From assembly GCA_002421745.1 (NCBI GenBank), contig DISC01000006.1, positions 87,610 to 151,609 of the forward strand: a DNA stretch of 64,000 nt. Direction: 5' to 3'. Position 1 is the stretch's first letter, and the number at the start of each line of letters is the position of its first letter. Made by a program: the position numbers and the translations under genes. This DNA comes from Patescibacteria group bacterium UBA6220. GTDB taxonomy: Bacteria; Patescibacteriota; Minisyncoccia; Minisyncoccales; Minisyncoccaceae. Under the pieces are notes generated by a model. It was not told the origin of the DNA, did no database searches, and worked only from the letters and a program-made list of their open reading frames with translations. This document shows positions 47,424-56,517 of the stretch, one piece after another.

Positions 47424-47487
47424 AAAAGAAAATTTGTCTTTATACTACCCCTAAAAATATAATAAATCAAACTAAACAAAACCGCCT

Positions 47488-47546
47488 ACCTGACGGTAAC
47501 CGGTCTCTCAGAACCCCTCACTGGTTGGCTCCGGTGGTAGGATTCG
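47488..47546 (-). repeat. Direct repeat DR2, proximal copy (tRNA-Asn 3' end plus 38-nt flank)
   Basis: Aligns with 34837-34894. Confidence 0.75.
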
Positions 47547-47600
47547 AACCTACAACCTAATGCTTAACAGGCATCCGCGCTACCATTGCGCCACACCGGA
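47526..47600 (-). tRNA. tRNA-Asn (anticodon GTT), CCA encoded
   Basis: Manual cloverleaf fold: acceptor TCCGGTG/CACCGGA; D stem GCGC/GCGC; anticodon stem GATGC/GCATT with loop CTGTTAA; T arm GTAGG-TTCGAAT-CCTAC; discriminator G then CCA. 75 nt. Confidence 0.9.
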
Positions 47601-47845
47601 ATATGTTGTTTTAAAAATTGTCGCCCTCTATACGTTTTAAGTTGTTTTTCTCTAATCAGCGCCTCTTTTCGATCCCTAACGTCTTCTTTATGTACCAACT
47701 CCCAAGCACCATCAAATCGAGCAGTATAACCACCTTTGAATTCTTTGCTGTTATGAAGCATTAATCTTTTGTCTATATCGCTCGTTTGACCAATATAGAT
47801 CTTATTATTTTTACGATTATAAATTGCGTAAACATAGTAATTCAT
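47564..47845 (-). CDS. GIY-YIG nuclease-family small protein
   Basis: YYVYAIYNRKNNKIYIGQTSDIDKRLMLHN with a downstream R...E core. Its last 12 codons and stop codon overlap the 5' half of tRNA-Asn. Confidence 0.7.
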   Translation of the reverse strand: MNYYVYAIYNRKNNKIYIGQTSDIDKRLMLHNSKEFKGGYTARFDGAWELVHKEDVRDRKEALIREKQLKTYRGRQFLKQHIPVWRNGSADAC

Positions 47846-48025
47846 AAAGCACCGCATACCTTCACTGATTAATAAAGCGCCACTCCGCCAGCTGGCGGAG
47901 GAATATAAAATTTAAAGAACACGATAACAATATTATACACAAAATATAACTTTTTTCAACCTCTTTAAATTTAACCTATTTCACACATTAAAAGCCAGCA
48001 TTTAGATGGCTTTTAATACAGCAGT

Positions 48026-49333
48026 CTAATAACCTTCGAGTTTTTTGACGTCTACGTGTTGACGAATTTTTTCAATAGCTTTGGCTTCAATCTGCCTAAT
48101 TCTTTCTCTCGTAACTCCAAACTCTTGTCCCACTTCTTCTAAGGTATGGCTTACTCCATCTTCAAGGCCAAACCTCATAGACAATATTTTTTGTTCTCTT
48201 TCGCTTAAGTCTGTAAATATTTCGTCCAAATGTTCGCGCAAAAGTTTTCTGCCAGCTTGAGCAGCTGGTGATTCAATTTTTTCATCTTTAATAAATTCTC
48301 CCAAGACACTATCTTTTTCATCTTCACCTACTGGTGTTTCTAAAGATACAGCTTTTTGAGAAATCTTTTCCAAATGTCTAATTTTTTCCACTTCTAATCC
48401 CATTTCTGCTGCTACCTCTTCTGACAAAGGCTCTCTGTCTAAGTCTTGCAACAAGCGTCTTTTGGCTTGAGTGTATTTGGTTAAAGTTTCGATCATATGC
48501 ACAGGAATTCTAATTGTTCTAGCTTGATCAGCCAAAGCACGCGTAATAGTCTGTCTAATCCACCAAGTAGCATAAGTAGAAAACTTATATCCTTTGCGCC
48601 AGTCAAATTTTTCTACAGCTCGAAATAATCCCAAATTACCCTCTTGAATCAGATCCAACAAAGTTAAATTTGGTGAACGCCCAATATATTTTTTTGCAAT
48701 AGAAACCACAAGCCTTAAATTGGCTTCAGCTAATTTTCTTTTAGCATCCATATCCCCTAATTCTATTCTCTTGGCTAATTCTTTTTCTTCTCTAGCAGTA
48801 ATAGGATGAATTTTTCCAATTTCACGCAAATAAGATTGAACCGAATCAATCTTGCCAGTACTGGCTCTTTTTCTGCCTTTTTTCTTTACTTCTTTTACTC
48901 CTGTTTCCAAATAACCCTTGGAATCTTTTAGTTCTATTCCTGATTGCTCAAACTTTGCAAACATATCCTCCAGTTCAGTAATATTTTCTTCAATATTAGG
49001 GAAATATGACAAAATCTCCGAAAAAGTAACAAAACCACGTGATTTTCCTTTTTTAATAATATTCTCAAGTTTTTCTGGAGTAATCACAATCACTACCTTC
49101 TTGGGTTTAGAAGATTTTTTTATTTTTGATTTTGATTTAGAGACTTTTGATTTGAGCGGCTTTTTGGAAACAATTTTCTTTTTAGGTTTTGCAACAGCTT
49201 TTTTCTTTGCTGGTTTTTTGACAACAACCTTTTTTTTGGGTTTTGCAACAGCTTTTTTCTTTGCTGGTTTTTTGACTAGTTTCTTTATCGAAGCTTTAGC
49301 TTTTTTTGTAGGCTTTTTAATTTTGGGCTTCAT
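48026..49333 (-). CDS. rpoD: Primary sigma factor (sigma-70/RpoD) with lysine-rich N-terminal extension
   Basis: Region 2 [34 protein letters not shown]. Region 4.2 [24 protein letters not shown]-terminal [15 protein letters not shown] repeats. Confidence 0.9.
   Translation of the reverse strand: MKPKIKKPTKKAKASIKKLVKKPAKKKAVAKPKKKVVVKKPAKKKAVAKPKKKIVSKKPLKSKVSKSKSKIKKSSKPKKVVIVITPEKLENIIKKGKSRGFVTFSEILSYFPNIEENITELEDMFAKFEQSGIELKDSKGYLETGVKEVKKKGRKRASTGKIDSVQSYLREIGKIHPITAREEKELAKRIELGDMDAKRKLAEANLRLVVSIAKKYIGRSPNLTLLDLIQEGNLGLFRAVEKFDWRKGYKFSTYATWWIRQTITRALADQARTIRIPVHMIETLTKYTQAKRRLLQDLDREPLSEEVAAEMGLEVEKIRHLEKISQKAVSLETPVGEDEKDSVLGEFIKDEKIESPAAQAGRKLLREHLDEIFTDLSEREQKILSMRFGLEDGVSHTLEEVGQEFGVTRERIRQIEAKAIEKIRQHVDVKKLEGY
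49185..49276. repeat. Tandem duplication (54-nt period) inside the rpoD 5' region
   Basis: A 38-nt identical core ggttttgcaacagcttttttctttgctggttttttgac occurs at 49185-49222 and 49239-49276. It encodes [15 protein letters not shown] twice. Confidence 0.85.
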
Positions 49334-51101
49334 TTTGTTTTTTTGTTTTTGTTAGATTATTAAATTCCTCGAGAAGCAAGTTTAACGACTCAAAGTCGCC
49401 TTTGGCTTCACAAGCTTTTATTTTAAGGGTTAAGTCTGTACGAGCTTTTTTATTAATTAGATTATCCCTTGCGGCTACGCATTTTTCAAGCTCTTGTCCT
49501 AAATCTTCTACTTCAGAACTTATTTCCGATTTTAAAATCAAATAATTAATATAATTAACTACGTCCGTATTATCCTTAAAAATTTCTAAAAGAGCTTCAT
49601 TTGTAATTTGAGGATTTTCTTTAATCTTCAACAATATCTCCTTAGTTGGAGAAGCAAAATTATTTATTTTTTCTACTTCAGGAATTGCAGCTTGAGTTCT
49701 ATCTTTAAGGGCAAATAAAATTGTTTGTTCTTCTAACATTTCCTGTTTTGTTTTTTTTATTTTTTTAACAGGTTTTTCCAAATCTACCATACCAGCTACA
49801 GTAGCAACTTCTTCTTTTATCTTTTTCATTTCTGTTCGCAAATCTTCTTCGGTCGCCAATATCATATTTCCCAATTTTTCCAACCAATAAGATTGCTCTA
49901 CTGCATTACTTATCTTTTTTAAAACTGGCAACAAATCAGCTATTATTTTTTTCCTATCTTCGATTGAATTAACATCTCTATCCTTAAAAGCTACATCAAA
50001 ATAAAATTCATTAATCGGCTTAGCGTTTTCTATCATTTGCTTCCATTTTTCCTCACCTTCCAAAAGAATTATATCTGCGGGATCCTTTTCGGCAGACATA
50101 GGAATAACCTTGATGTTAAATTCCATTTTTTGAGCCAAAACAATGCCTTTTTCTGTAGCCTTATTCCCTGCTGCATCCATATCAAAGGCTAAAACCAAGT
50201 TAGGTGAATACCTTTTTATAATACTTAAATGATACGGAGTCAAGGCTGTCCCAGAAACAGCCACACAATTTTTAAAGCCAGCCTGATGCGACATAATACA
50301 ATCTACGTTTCCCTCTACAAGAATACAAAAATCATTTTTCCTAATTTCCAACTTAGCTTTATCAATACCAAAAAGCGCTCGGCTTTTGTCATACAACAAA
50401 GTTGCCGGTGTATTTAGATATTTTGCATCTTCAGTGTCTGGTTTTCCAAAAATTCTACCAGTAAAACCAATTACTTCCCCATTAAACCCGACAATCGGAA
50501 ACATAATGCGACTACGAAAACGATCAAAAAATTTATTCCCTTCTTTGGCAATCGCCAAACCTGCTTTTGCAATATCATCACGCTGATAACCTTTACCAAC
50601 TAACAAATCTGATAATTTTGACCACGCTTCGGGTGCATATCCCAATCTCCATTCTTTGATGGTTTCAATTTTTAATCCTCTCTTAATTAAATAATCTATA
50701 GCTTCTTTACCTTTGGCGCTTTTTTCTAAATAAGCCTCAAAAAAACGCGCACCCAATTCACAAAGATGTAGCATTAATTGCCTTTCAGTTTTATTTTTTT
50801 CCCAATCTGCACTACGAGCTTTTAATTCTACTCCAGCCTTGGCGGCTAAAATTCTCAATGCGTCTGGAAATTCAATATTTTCTATTTTCATCACGAACTT
50901 AAAAATATCCCCGCCTTCTCCGCAACCACCAAAACAATGCCAAATTTGTCTAGAAGGAGAAACAAAAAACGAAGGACTTTTTTCTGAATGAAAAGGACAG
51001 CAGGCACGATAATTAATGCCTGCTTTTTCCAGCTTAATATAGCTGCCAATAACATCCACAATATTAAGTCGTGATTTTATTTCTTCTATTTCCGAACTCA
51101 T
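49317..51101 (-). CDS. dnaG: DNA primase
   Basis: Zn-finger [16 protein letters not shown]...[25 protein letters not shown] and DMDAAG. ATG at 51101. The 3' end overlaps the rpoD start by 17 nt. Confidence 0.9.
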   Translation of the reverse strand: MSSEIEEIKSRLNIVDVIGSYIKLEKAGINYRACCPFHSEKSPSFFVSPSRQIWHCFGGCGEGGDIFKFVMKIENIEFPDALRILAAKAGVELKARSADWEKNKTERQLMLHLCELGARFFEAYLEKSAKGKEAIDYLIKRGLKIETIKEWRLGYAPEAWSKLSDLLVGKGYQRDDIAKAGLAIAKEGNKFFDRFRSRIMFPIVGFNGEVIGFTGRIFGKPDTEDAKYLNTPATLLYDKSRALFGIDKAKLEIRKNDFCILVEGNVDCIMSHQAGFKNCVAVSGTALTPYHLSIIKRYSPNLVLAFDMDAAGNKATEKGIVLAQKMEFNIKVIPMSAEKDPADIILLEGEEKWKQMIENAKPINEFYFDVAFKDRDVNSIEDRKKIIADLLPVLKKISNAVEQSYWLEKLGNMILATEEDLRTEMKKIKEEVATVAGMVDLEKPVKKIKKTKQEMLEEQTILFALKDRTQAAIPEVEKINNFASPTKEILLKIKENPQITNEALLEIFKDNTDVVNYINYLILKSEISSEVEDLGQELEKCVAARDNLINKKARTDLTLKIKACEAKGDFESLNLLLEEFNNLTKTKKQNEAQN

Positions 51102-51140
51102 TTTTTTTAATTTGACTAAATGCTTAGTCAAATATTATTT

Positions 51141-52445
51141 TTATTTTTGTGGATCCCATTCTCCCAAAACAGCGTTAATTGAAATCTGATTTCCATTTCT
51201 CAAGACTAATAAATTAATGGTTTGACCAGAACTGTAGTTTGAAATAATTTGAGAAAGCGTATTCTTTTTTTCTATTTTTTTACCATCAACCTCCAAAACT
51301 ATATCATCTTCTTTTAATCCAGCTTTAGAAGCTGGCGAACCAGGAGTAATAGCTGGTTGATTTTTGGTAGCATCACCAATAATAAGAACACCATATGTAA
51401 CTGATAAATTCTTTTCTTTAGCCACAGCTTCATTTATGGCAACATAACGTATTCCTAAAAAGGGATACGATATCTTACCCGTAGTTTCCACTTGTTTGAT
51501 ATCTCTAATAGCCTTATCAATAGAAATAGCAAAACCAACACTCTGTCCACTCTCAGCAATAGCTGTATTAATAGCAACAACCTCACCGCTTAAATTTAAC
51601 AACGGCCCACCAGAATTACCTGGATTAATGGCTGCATCTGTTTGAATAATATCTTCTAAGGTTTCTGCTGTTCCTTGATTATCAGAAGCTGTAATTGTTC
51701 GTCCCAATCCAGAAATTACACCTACAGAAACTGTATTGGGAAATTGACCCAAAGCATTACCGATTGCAATTGCAGTTTGACCAATTTGAATTGAACTAGC
51801 GCTTCCTAATTTTAATGATTTAAATTTGTCTGTTGTGTTTTGAACTTTTAAGATGGCTATATCTTGTACTGGATCTTTGGCTAAAACTTTAACCTCATAT
51901 TCTTTGCCATCATTGGTTATTATTGTATATTCAGCGGTACTATCAGAAACAACGTGCTTGTTGGTTAAAACTAGACCATCATCTGAAACAATAAAACCAC
52001 TTCCAGCTCCAACTTCTTGTTTTTCAGTGCCGGTTTGTACTCGTTGCGGAATGGGATTAAAAAACCCAAACGGATCAAAATAATCCCCTGAATCAGGCAC
52101 CATAGTTTTATATACAGGCACATCTTTTGTAATAATTACAGAGACCACAGAAGGAGAAGCATCTCTTACAACCTTAATTACTTTTTCCTCTTGTGTAGTT
52201 TGCGCCACATAAGGCTGAGCGGTTTGCTCGCTTTGAGGCAAAAGATTAGTCACTGGCAACAAACTATCTACTTTATCTTCAATTTTTTCAAAAGAACTAT
52301 TGGAACCAAGATAAACTCCGATTGCCAAACCAATAGCCAAAATTAAAATCAAAACAAACGGTTGTTTTATCTTTTTACTTTGTGTATTGCTTTCTGATGT
52401 ATTTGATTGTTTTAAATTAAATTCGGGTAATTGATACATAGACAT
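51141..52445 (-). CDS. HtrA/DegP-family serine protease with PDZ domain
   Basis: TNKHVV (His), DIAILKV (Asp), GNSGGPLLN (Ser). C-terminal PDZ-like region. N-terminal TM helix. Confidence 0.85.
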   Translation of the reverse strand: MSMYQLPEFNLKQSNTSESNTQSKKIKQPFVLILILAIGLAIGVYLGSNSSFEKIEDKVDSLLPVTNLLPQSEQTAQPYVAQTTQEEKVIKVVRDASPSVVSVIITKDVPVYKTMVPDSGDYFDPFGFFNPIPQRVQTGTEKQEVGAGSGFIVSDDGLVLTNKHVVSDSTAEYTIITNDGKEYEVKVLAKDPVQDIAILKVQNTTDKFKSLKLGSASSIQIGQTAIAIGNALGQFPNTVSVGVISGLGRTITASDNQGTAETLEDIIQTDAAINPGNSGGPLLNLSGEVVAINTAIAESGQSVGFAISIDKAIRDIKQVETTGKISYPFLGIRYVAINEAVAKEKNLSVTYGVLIIGDATKNQPAITPGSPASKAGLKEDDIVLEVDGKKIEKKNTLSQIISNYSSGQTINLLVLRNGNQISINAVLGEWDPQK

Positions 52446-52459
52446 ATTGCATTAATAAA

Positions 52460-53185
52460 TTAACACTTGTTATTTTTATCATCATCATAATGATTAAATT
52501 TGTATTCAAAAACTCTACCGCTCCGAACTGGCCCCTTAAAAAGCATATGCACTCCGCATATTAAATATTTTAATCCAGTTCTAAAATATCCGTCTTTATC
52601 AAATCTTCGAGTAGGCATAAAAATTGGAACATTTTTTATAATACCAAATCTTCCCATTTCTGCAGCTTGCTGTACAAAATACATATCTTCAGCCAATTTA
52701 ATACTACTATCAAATCCTCCAATTTTATCAAAAATATTTTTTCTAACCATAATACCCATAGCCCCCATAGGAAATTTTCTTTTCAAGATTGTTTGTGGGC
52801 GATTATACAATAAATCAATAGAAAAACGATTTAATTTGATGTTACCTTTAATCGGATATAAGTGATAAGAAGCTATATCAAGATTTCGAGTTTCAAAATC
52901 AGCGATTGATTGAATTAAAAAATTTGGAGGCAATCTTATATCTCCATCCAAAAACAAAATAATATCACCTTTAGCAATTTTCGCTCCTTTATTTCTGCCT
53001 TCAGCCGGAGTTCCCCCATCGGTTATTCGACAACCATATTTTTTCGCAACTTCCCTAGTTTTATCTTTTCCCGGTTTGTCCGCAATAATAATTTCTATTT
53101 CAATATTTTTTTCTTTAGTCAATGCATCCAAGAGTCCTGGTAAATTTTTTTCTTCGTTATAAGTAGGTATAATTACGCTTAACAT
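52460..53185 (-). CDS. Family 2 glycosyltransferase
   Basis: LSVIIPTYNEE and the DGD (FLDGDIRL) motif. Confidence 0.8.
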   Translation of the reverse strand: MLSVIIPTYNEEKNLPGLLDALTKEKNIEIEIIIADKPGKDKTREVAKKYGCRITDGGTPAEGRNKGAKIAKGDIILFLDGDIRLPPNFLIQSIADFETRNLDIASYHLYPIKGNIKLNRFSIDLLYNRPQTILKRKFPMGAMGIMVRKNIFDKIGGFDSSIKLAEDMYFVQQAAEMGRFGIIKNVPIFMPTRRFDKDGYFRTGLKYLICGVHMLFKGPVRSGRVFEYKFNHYDDDKNNKC

Positions 53186-53194
53186 ATTTTTATT

Positions 53195-54202
53195 TTATTC
53201 TGCAAATAATTTTTTAATTTCTTGCCAATATTCTGGATGATTTTGTTTTTCTTTCATCCAATACCACCATTCTCCTCCCCAAAGATAATATGTATCAATT
53301 CCAGTATCTTTGGCAAATTGTATGTTTTTCTTTAATTGATCCAAGCTCATTGTTTTTTGCTGTTCTTCGATGGGTGCAAGCATCACAGAAGCCTGACACC
53401 ATGGTTCAGCTTGCAGCTCTACTCCAATCGCCTTTTTACCATAAAGCATATTTATTACTTGTGCGCGCCTATAATAAAACATTGGTGTATACCATGGACT
53501 ATACGAAACATATTGTTTTAAAGTTTCCTGCCAAACCATTCTATAGGTAGTAAAACCAACCATGTCTCCTCCCATATTAGAAGCCCTAGTCCAGGTAGAC
53601 ATCTCTCCACTATCAGTAATAATAATGGGATGCTTATTTTGATCAATTTGCTTAACTAATAATATTTCTTGCTTTAAAAAGTTTTCGTCCGACCAAGGAC
53701 AAGAACCAAAAGCCAAAAATGGCTCATTTTCTACCTGCCAAGCCAAAATTGCCGACGAGTCTTTGTATCTATTAATTACAGCTGTCAGATATTTTAAAAT
53801 CTGTTCTTGTTGTTGTTTTTTATTTAAATTTATTGCCCACTGAGGAATATGACATTCTGGCCAACGCGGAGTTTTCATTCCTATAGCTAAAACAATTTTA
53901 GCGTTATTTTTTTGCGCTTCACTCATCTGCCAATCTAAATCACTAAAATCATATTTATCTTTTTCTGTTTCTAATAAGTCCCAATGAACTGCTATTTTAA
54001 TATTCTTTATATTTAAATCTTGCAACAAAGCTAAATAAGCCTCTTTTGGATCAATTTCCAAAAAGATGGCTTGTTTTTGTGAAAAATTCACACCCCAATT
54101 AATTTTTTCAGCTTTTTTGGGCGTACCAACAAAAAACCAAATAAATACTACTAATAAAAGGATACTTAGCACCAAAAAAACATATCTAACTATTGTTTGC
54201 AT
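53195..54202 (-). CDS. Clan GH-A glycoside hydrolase-like protein (membrane anchored)
   Basis: TM anchor and the catalytic acid/base context WQVENEPF. Confidence 0.55.
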   Translation of the reverse strand: MQTIVRYVFLVLSILLLVVFIWFFVGTPKKAEKINWGVNFSQKQAIFLEIDPKEAYLALLQDLNIKNIKIAVHWDLLETEKDKYDFSDLDWQMSEAQKNNAKIVLAIGMKTPRWPECHIPQWAINLNKKQQQEQILKYLTAVINRYKDSSAILAWQVENEPFLAFGSCPWSDENFLKQEILLVKQIDQNKHPIIITDSGEMSTWTRASNMGGDMVGFTTYRMVWQETLKQYVSYSPWYTPMFYYRRAQVINMLYGKKAIGVELQAEPWCQASVMLAPIEEQQKTMSLDQLKKNIQFAKDTGIDTYYLWGGEWWYWMKEKQNHPEYWQEIKKLFAE

Positions 54203-54267
54203 GGCTCTATTATAACCAAAAAAACCCTATTTAGCAATTACAATAAAGTGAATAAAACATACATTAA

Positions 54268-55176
54268 CTAATAAAACAAAATAGCCAAACCAAAGCCAAT
54301 AACAAGAATTGCTAAGATTTTTTGAATTATTGTGCCTTTAGAAATATCTTCTTTTAATATTTTTGGAATACATACTGTACAAGCAATACTAAAAACAAAA
54401 AGGAAAACATATTGAACTCCTCGCAAAGCATTAATAATTGCCAAATAAGCAATAGGCGCTAAAGCAATTGCAAGGCTTTGTAAAACAGTAGCAATCCCCC
54501 CTACGCCCTGAAACAGCACAAACAAAACTCCGACATTAGTAGCTGTTTTTTTTGTATTTTTAAAAACATCTTTGTAAAAATTTCTATTAAGCAATAAACA
54601 TAAAGCAAAAACAAAACTAGCCACTCTAATCCAAATAAATCCTTGCCAAAAAGGCATATCCAAATAAACAAATTTTGAAAAAACAAAATCAAGAGAAAAT
54701 AAAACTGCGGTAACTAAAGATATGGTTAGGCTTTCTTTTGTAAAAAGATCTCCTTTTCTATTTAAACTAATTAACACAGTTCCCACCAGCAAAAGAGAAA
54801 AAGCTGATAGCTCTCTTATGCCTAAAACTTGCGATCCCCAAAAAAGACACGTTAAAGCAAAAATAAAAATAGGTTGAGTTGCTCCAATTGCAGGTATTAC
54901 TCGAGACACGTCAAACTTTTCCAAAGCACTAAACATTCCATATAAACCAAAAATATAAATAACAGCATCCAATATAATCCAAGCTATAGTTGTTCCGGTT
55001 GGCATACCAAATTCTACGAATGGAATCGCAAATATGGCCATAACATTAAAAATTCCAACAAAAAAAGTAAAAGCCCTAGGCCTTGGAGATTGACCTAAAA
55101 TAATTTTATCTCCCAAAGATGCCAAAGCAAAAGCAAAATAACCTAAAATCGCAACAATAAGCCAAGTATATTCCAT
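54268..55176 (-). CDS. DMT/EamA-like 10-TM transporter
   Basis: 302 aa with about 10 TM helices in two similar halves. Confidence 0.5.
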   Translation of the reverse strand: MEYTWLIVAILGYFAFALASLGDKIILGQSPRPRAFTFFVGIFNVMAIFAIPFVEFGMPTGTTIAWIILDAVIYIFGLYGMFSALEKFDVSRVIPAIGATQPIFIFALTCLFWGSQVLGIRELSAFSLLLVGTVLISLNRKGDLFTKESLTISLVTAVLFSLDFVFSKFVYLDMPFWQGFIWIRVASFVFALCLLLNRNFYKDVFKNTKKTATNVGVLFVLFQGVGGIATVLQSLAIALAPIAYLAIINALRGVQYVFLFVFSIACTVCIPKILKEDISKGTIIQKILAILVIGFGLAILFY

Positions 55177-56486
55177 TATTCTGAAATTATTTTTTTAATA
55201 TTTAAAACTCCCAATTGTTTTCCTTCAACAAAACCCTCCATTGCCATTTCAGCAAAATGACCTTCACGCAACCAATCAAAAACCCATTCATAACCAAAGT
55301 TTGTATCTTTTTGTTCTGCACCAAATCCCGACTTTAGTAACCACTCTTTATTAAAATCTTCTTGTGATCCAATTGTTGGGGCGATAATCATCGGTATTCC
55401 TAAAGCAGTATAAAAAGACAATTCCGAGGGCTTGCTCCATAAAATATCGGACTTACTAATAGAATCATTAAATTTATCAAAATATTCTTCAAAATTATCC
55501 GCATAAATAATCTCTACATTTTTAAACTTTTCCATTCCTAATTTTTTTGCTTCTTCCTCAAAATAACGCTTAATATGTATTTTGGTTCCAGCAACTAAAA
55601 CTATCTTCATCTGTCGCGAAGCTATTTTTTCTTTAAATTCACACAACAATCTTGCTCCAATTTCTTTTTGTGCTCCAGCTCCCCCAACAGCAAAAATTAT
55701 CGTAAAAGGATGATCCGAAGCAGATAACAATCCTCCCAGTTCTTGTTTTATTAAGTGGGTATAATTTTTTTCATAATTTCTTTGCGGATCAAGATTAGAC
55801 AATCTATTCCTCATATCATATTTTAAAATATTCCTTGTTTCTCCCCCAATGCATTGCATGGGCAATGGATAACCAGTTAAAAAAATATTCTTTTCTGAAA
55901 CACCATACAGCTTTAATCTTTCCAAAGTTCTCATATTTGGTACTAAATATTTTATTTTGGTTTTATGTGGCATTAATGGAGCCCAGCTACGACTAATATC
56001 CGCATCACAAACTACACAATAAATATCTCCAGGATATCTAAAATACTCAGCCATAAAAGCTGGGATAAAAAAAGTGGAAATAATCGGCTTGGCTGGTTCT
56101 CCCGATTTTGGCCAAAGCTTGTTAATTAAATGCCTACCCCAATTATTAGCAATTAGATTATAAGTATTTTTTTCTACAAAATTACTTTTAGATAAATCTC
56201 GTCTAGGATAAAATTGACCAATTTTTTGAACCTTATCATAAAGATTAAAAGCCCAATTGCCTATCAAAGGCACTCTTTTAAATCTAGAAATAAATTCATA
56301 AAACGTTCTGGAGTTTTCCCAGAGCAATCTATCTTTTTGAGGAATTCCTTCATAATCATTAGCATTAATTATTTTTCCATCAACCGCCAATTCTCTTAAA
56401 GCATACGCGGTTCGCTGATGACCATACCCCATATTAATTGAGATAACCCACGCTTTTTGTTCCATGATAATTTTATTATAATCCAT
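55176..56486 (-). CDS. GT-B-fold glycosyltransferase-like protein (MGDG synthase/MurG-like, tentative)
   Basis: FAVGGAGAQKE and GIPMIIAPTIGSQE patterns. The stop overlaps the next gene's start. Confidence 0.4.
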   Translation of the reverse strand: MDYNKIIMEQKAWVISINMGYGHQRTAYALRELAVDGKIINANDYEGIPQKDRLLWENSRTFYEFISRFKRVPLIGNWAFNLYDKVQKIGQFYPRRDLSKSNFVEKNTYNLIANNWGRHLINKLWPKSGEPAKPIISTFFIPAFMAEYFRYPGDIYCVVCDADISRSWAPLMPHKTKIKYLVPNMRTLERLKLYGVSEKNIFLTGYPLPMQCIGGETRNILKYDMRNRLSNLDPQRNYEKNYTHLIKQELGGLLSASDHPFTIIFAVGGAGAQKEIGARLLCEFKEKIASRQMKIVLVAGTKIHIKRYFEEEAKKLGMEKFKNVEIIYADNFEEYFDKFNDSISKSDILWSKPSELSFYTALGIPMIIAPTIGSQEDFNKEWLLKSGFGAEQKDTNFGYEWVFDWLREGHFAEMAMEGFVEGKQLGVLNIKKIISE

Positions 56487-56517
56487 TAAACAAAAAAAAC
56501 CAAATCATTTTAATAAA

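Larger units (their letters stand above)
34837..47600. mobile_element. tRNA-Asn-associated phage-like genomic island (~12.6 kb)
   Basis: Bounded by direct repeats of the tRNA-Asn 3' end. Contains a repressor, terminase genes, a ParB-methylase, a serine recombinase and a retron RT. It holds the only plus-strand gene blocks in the window. Confidence 0.65.
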
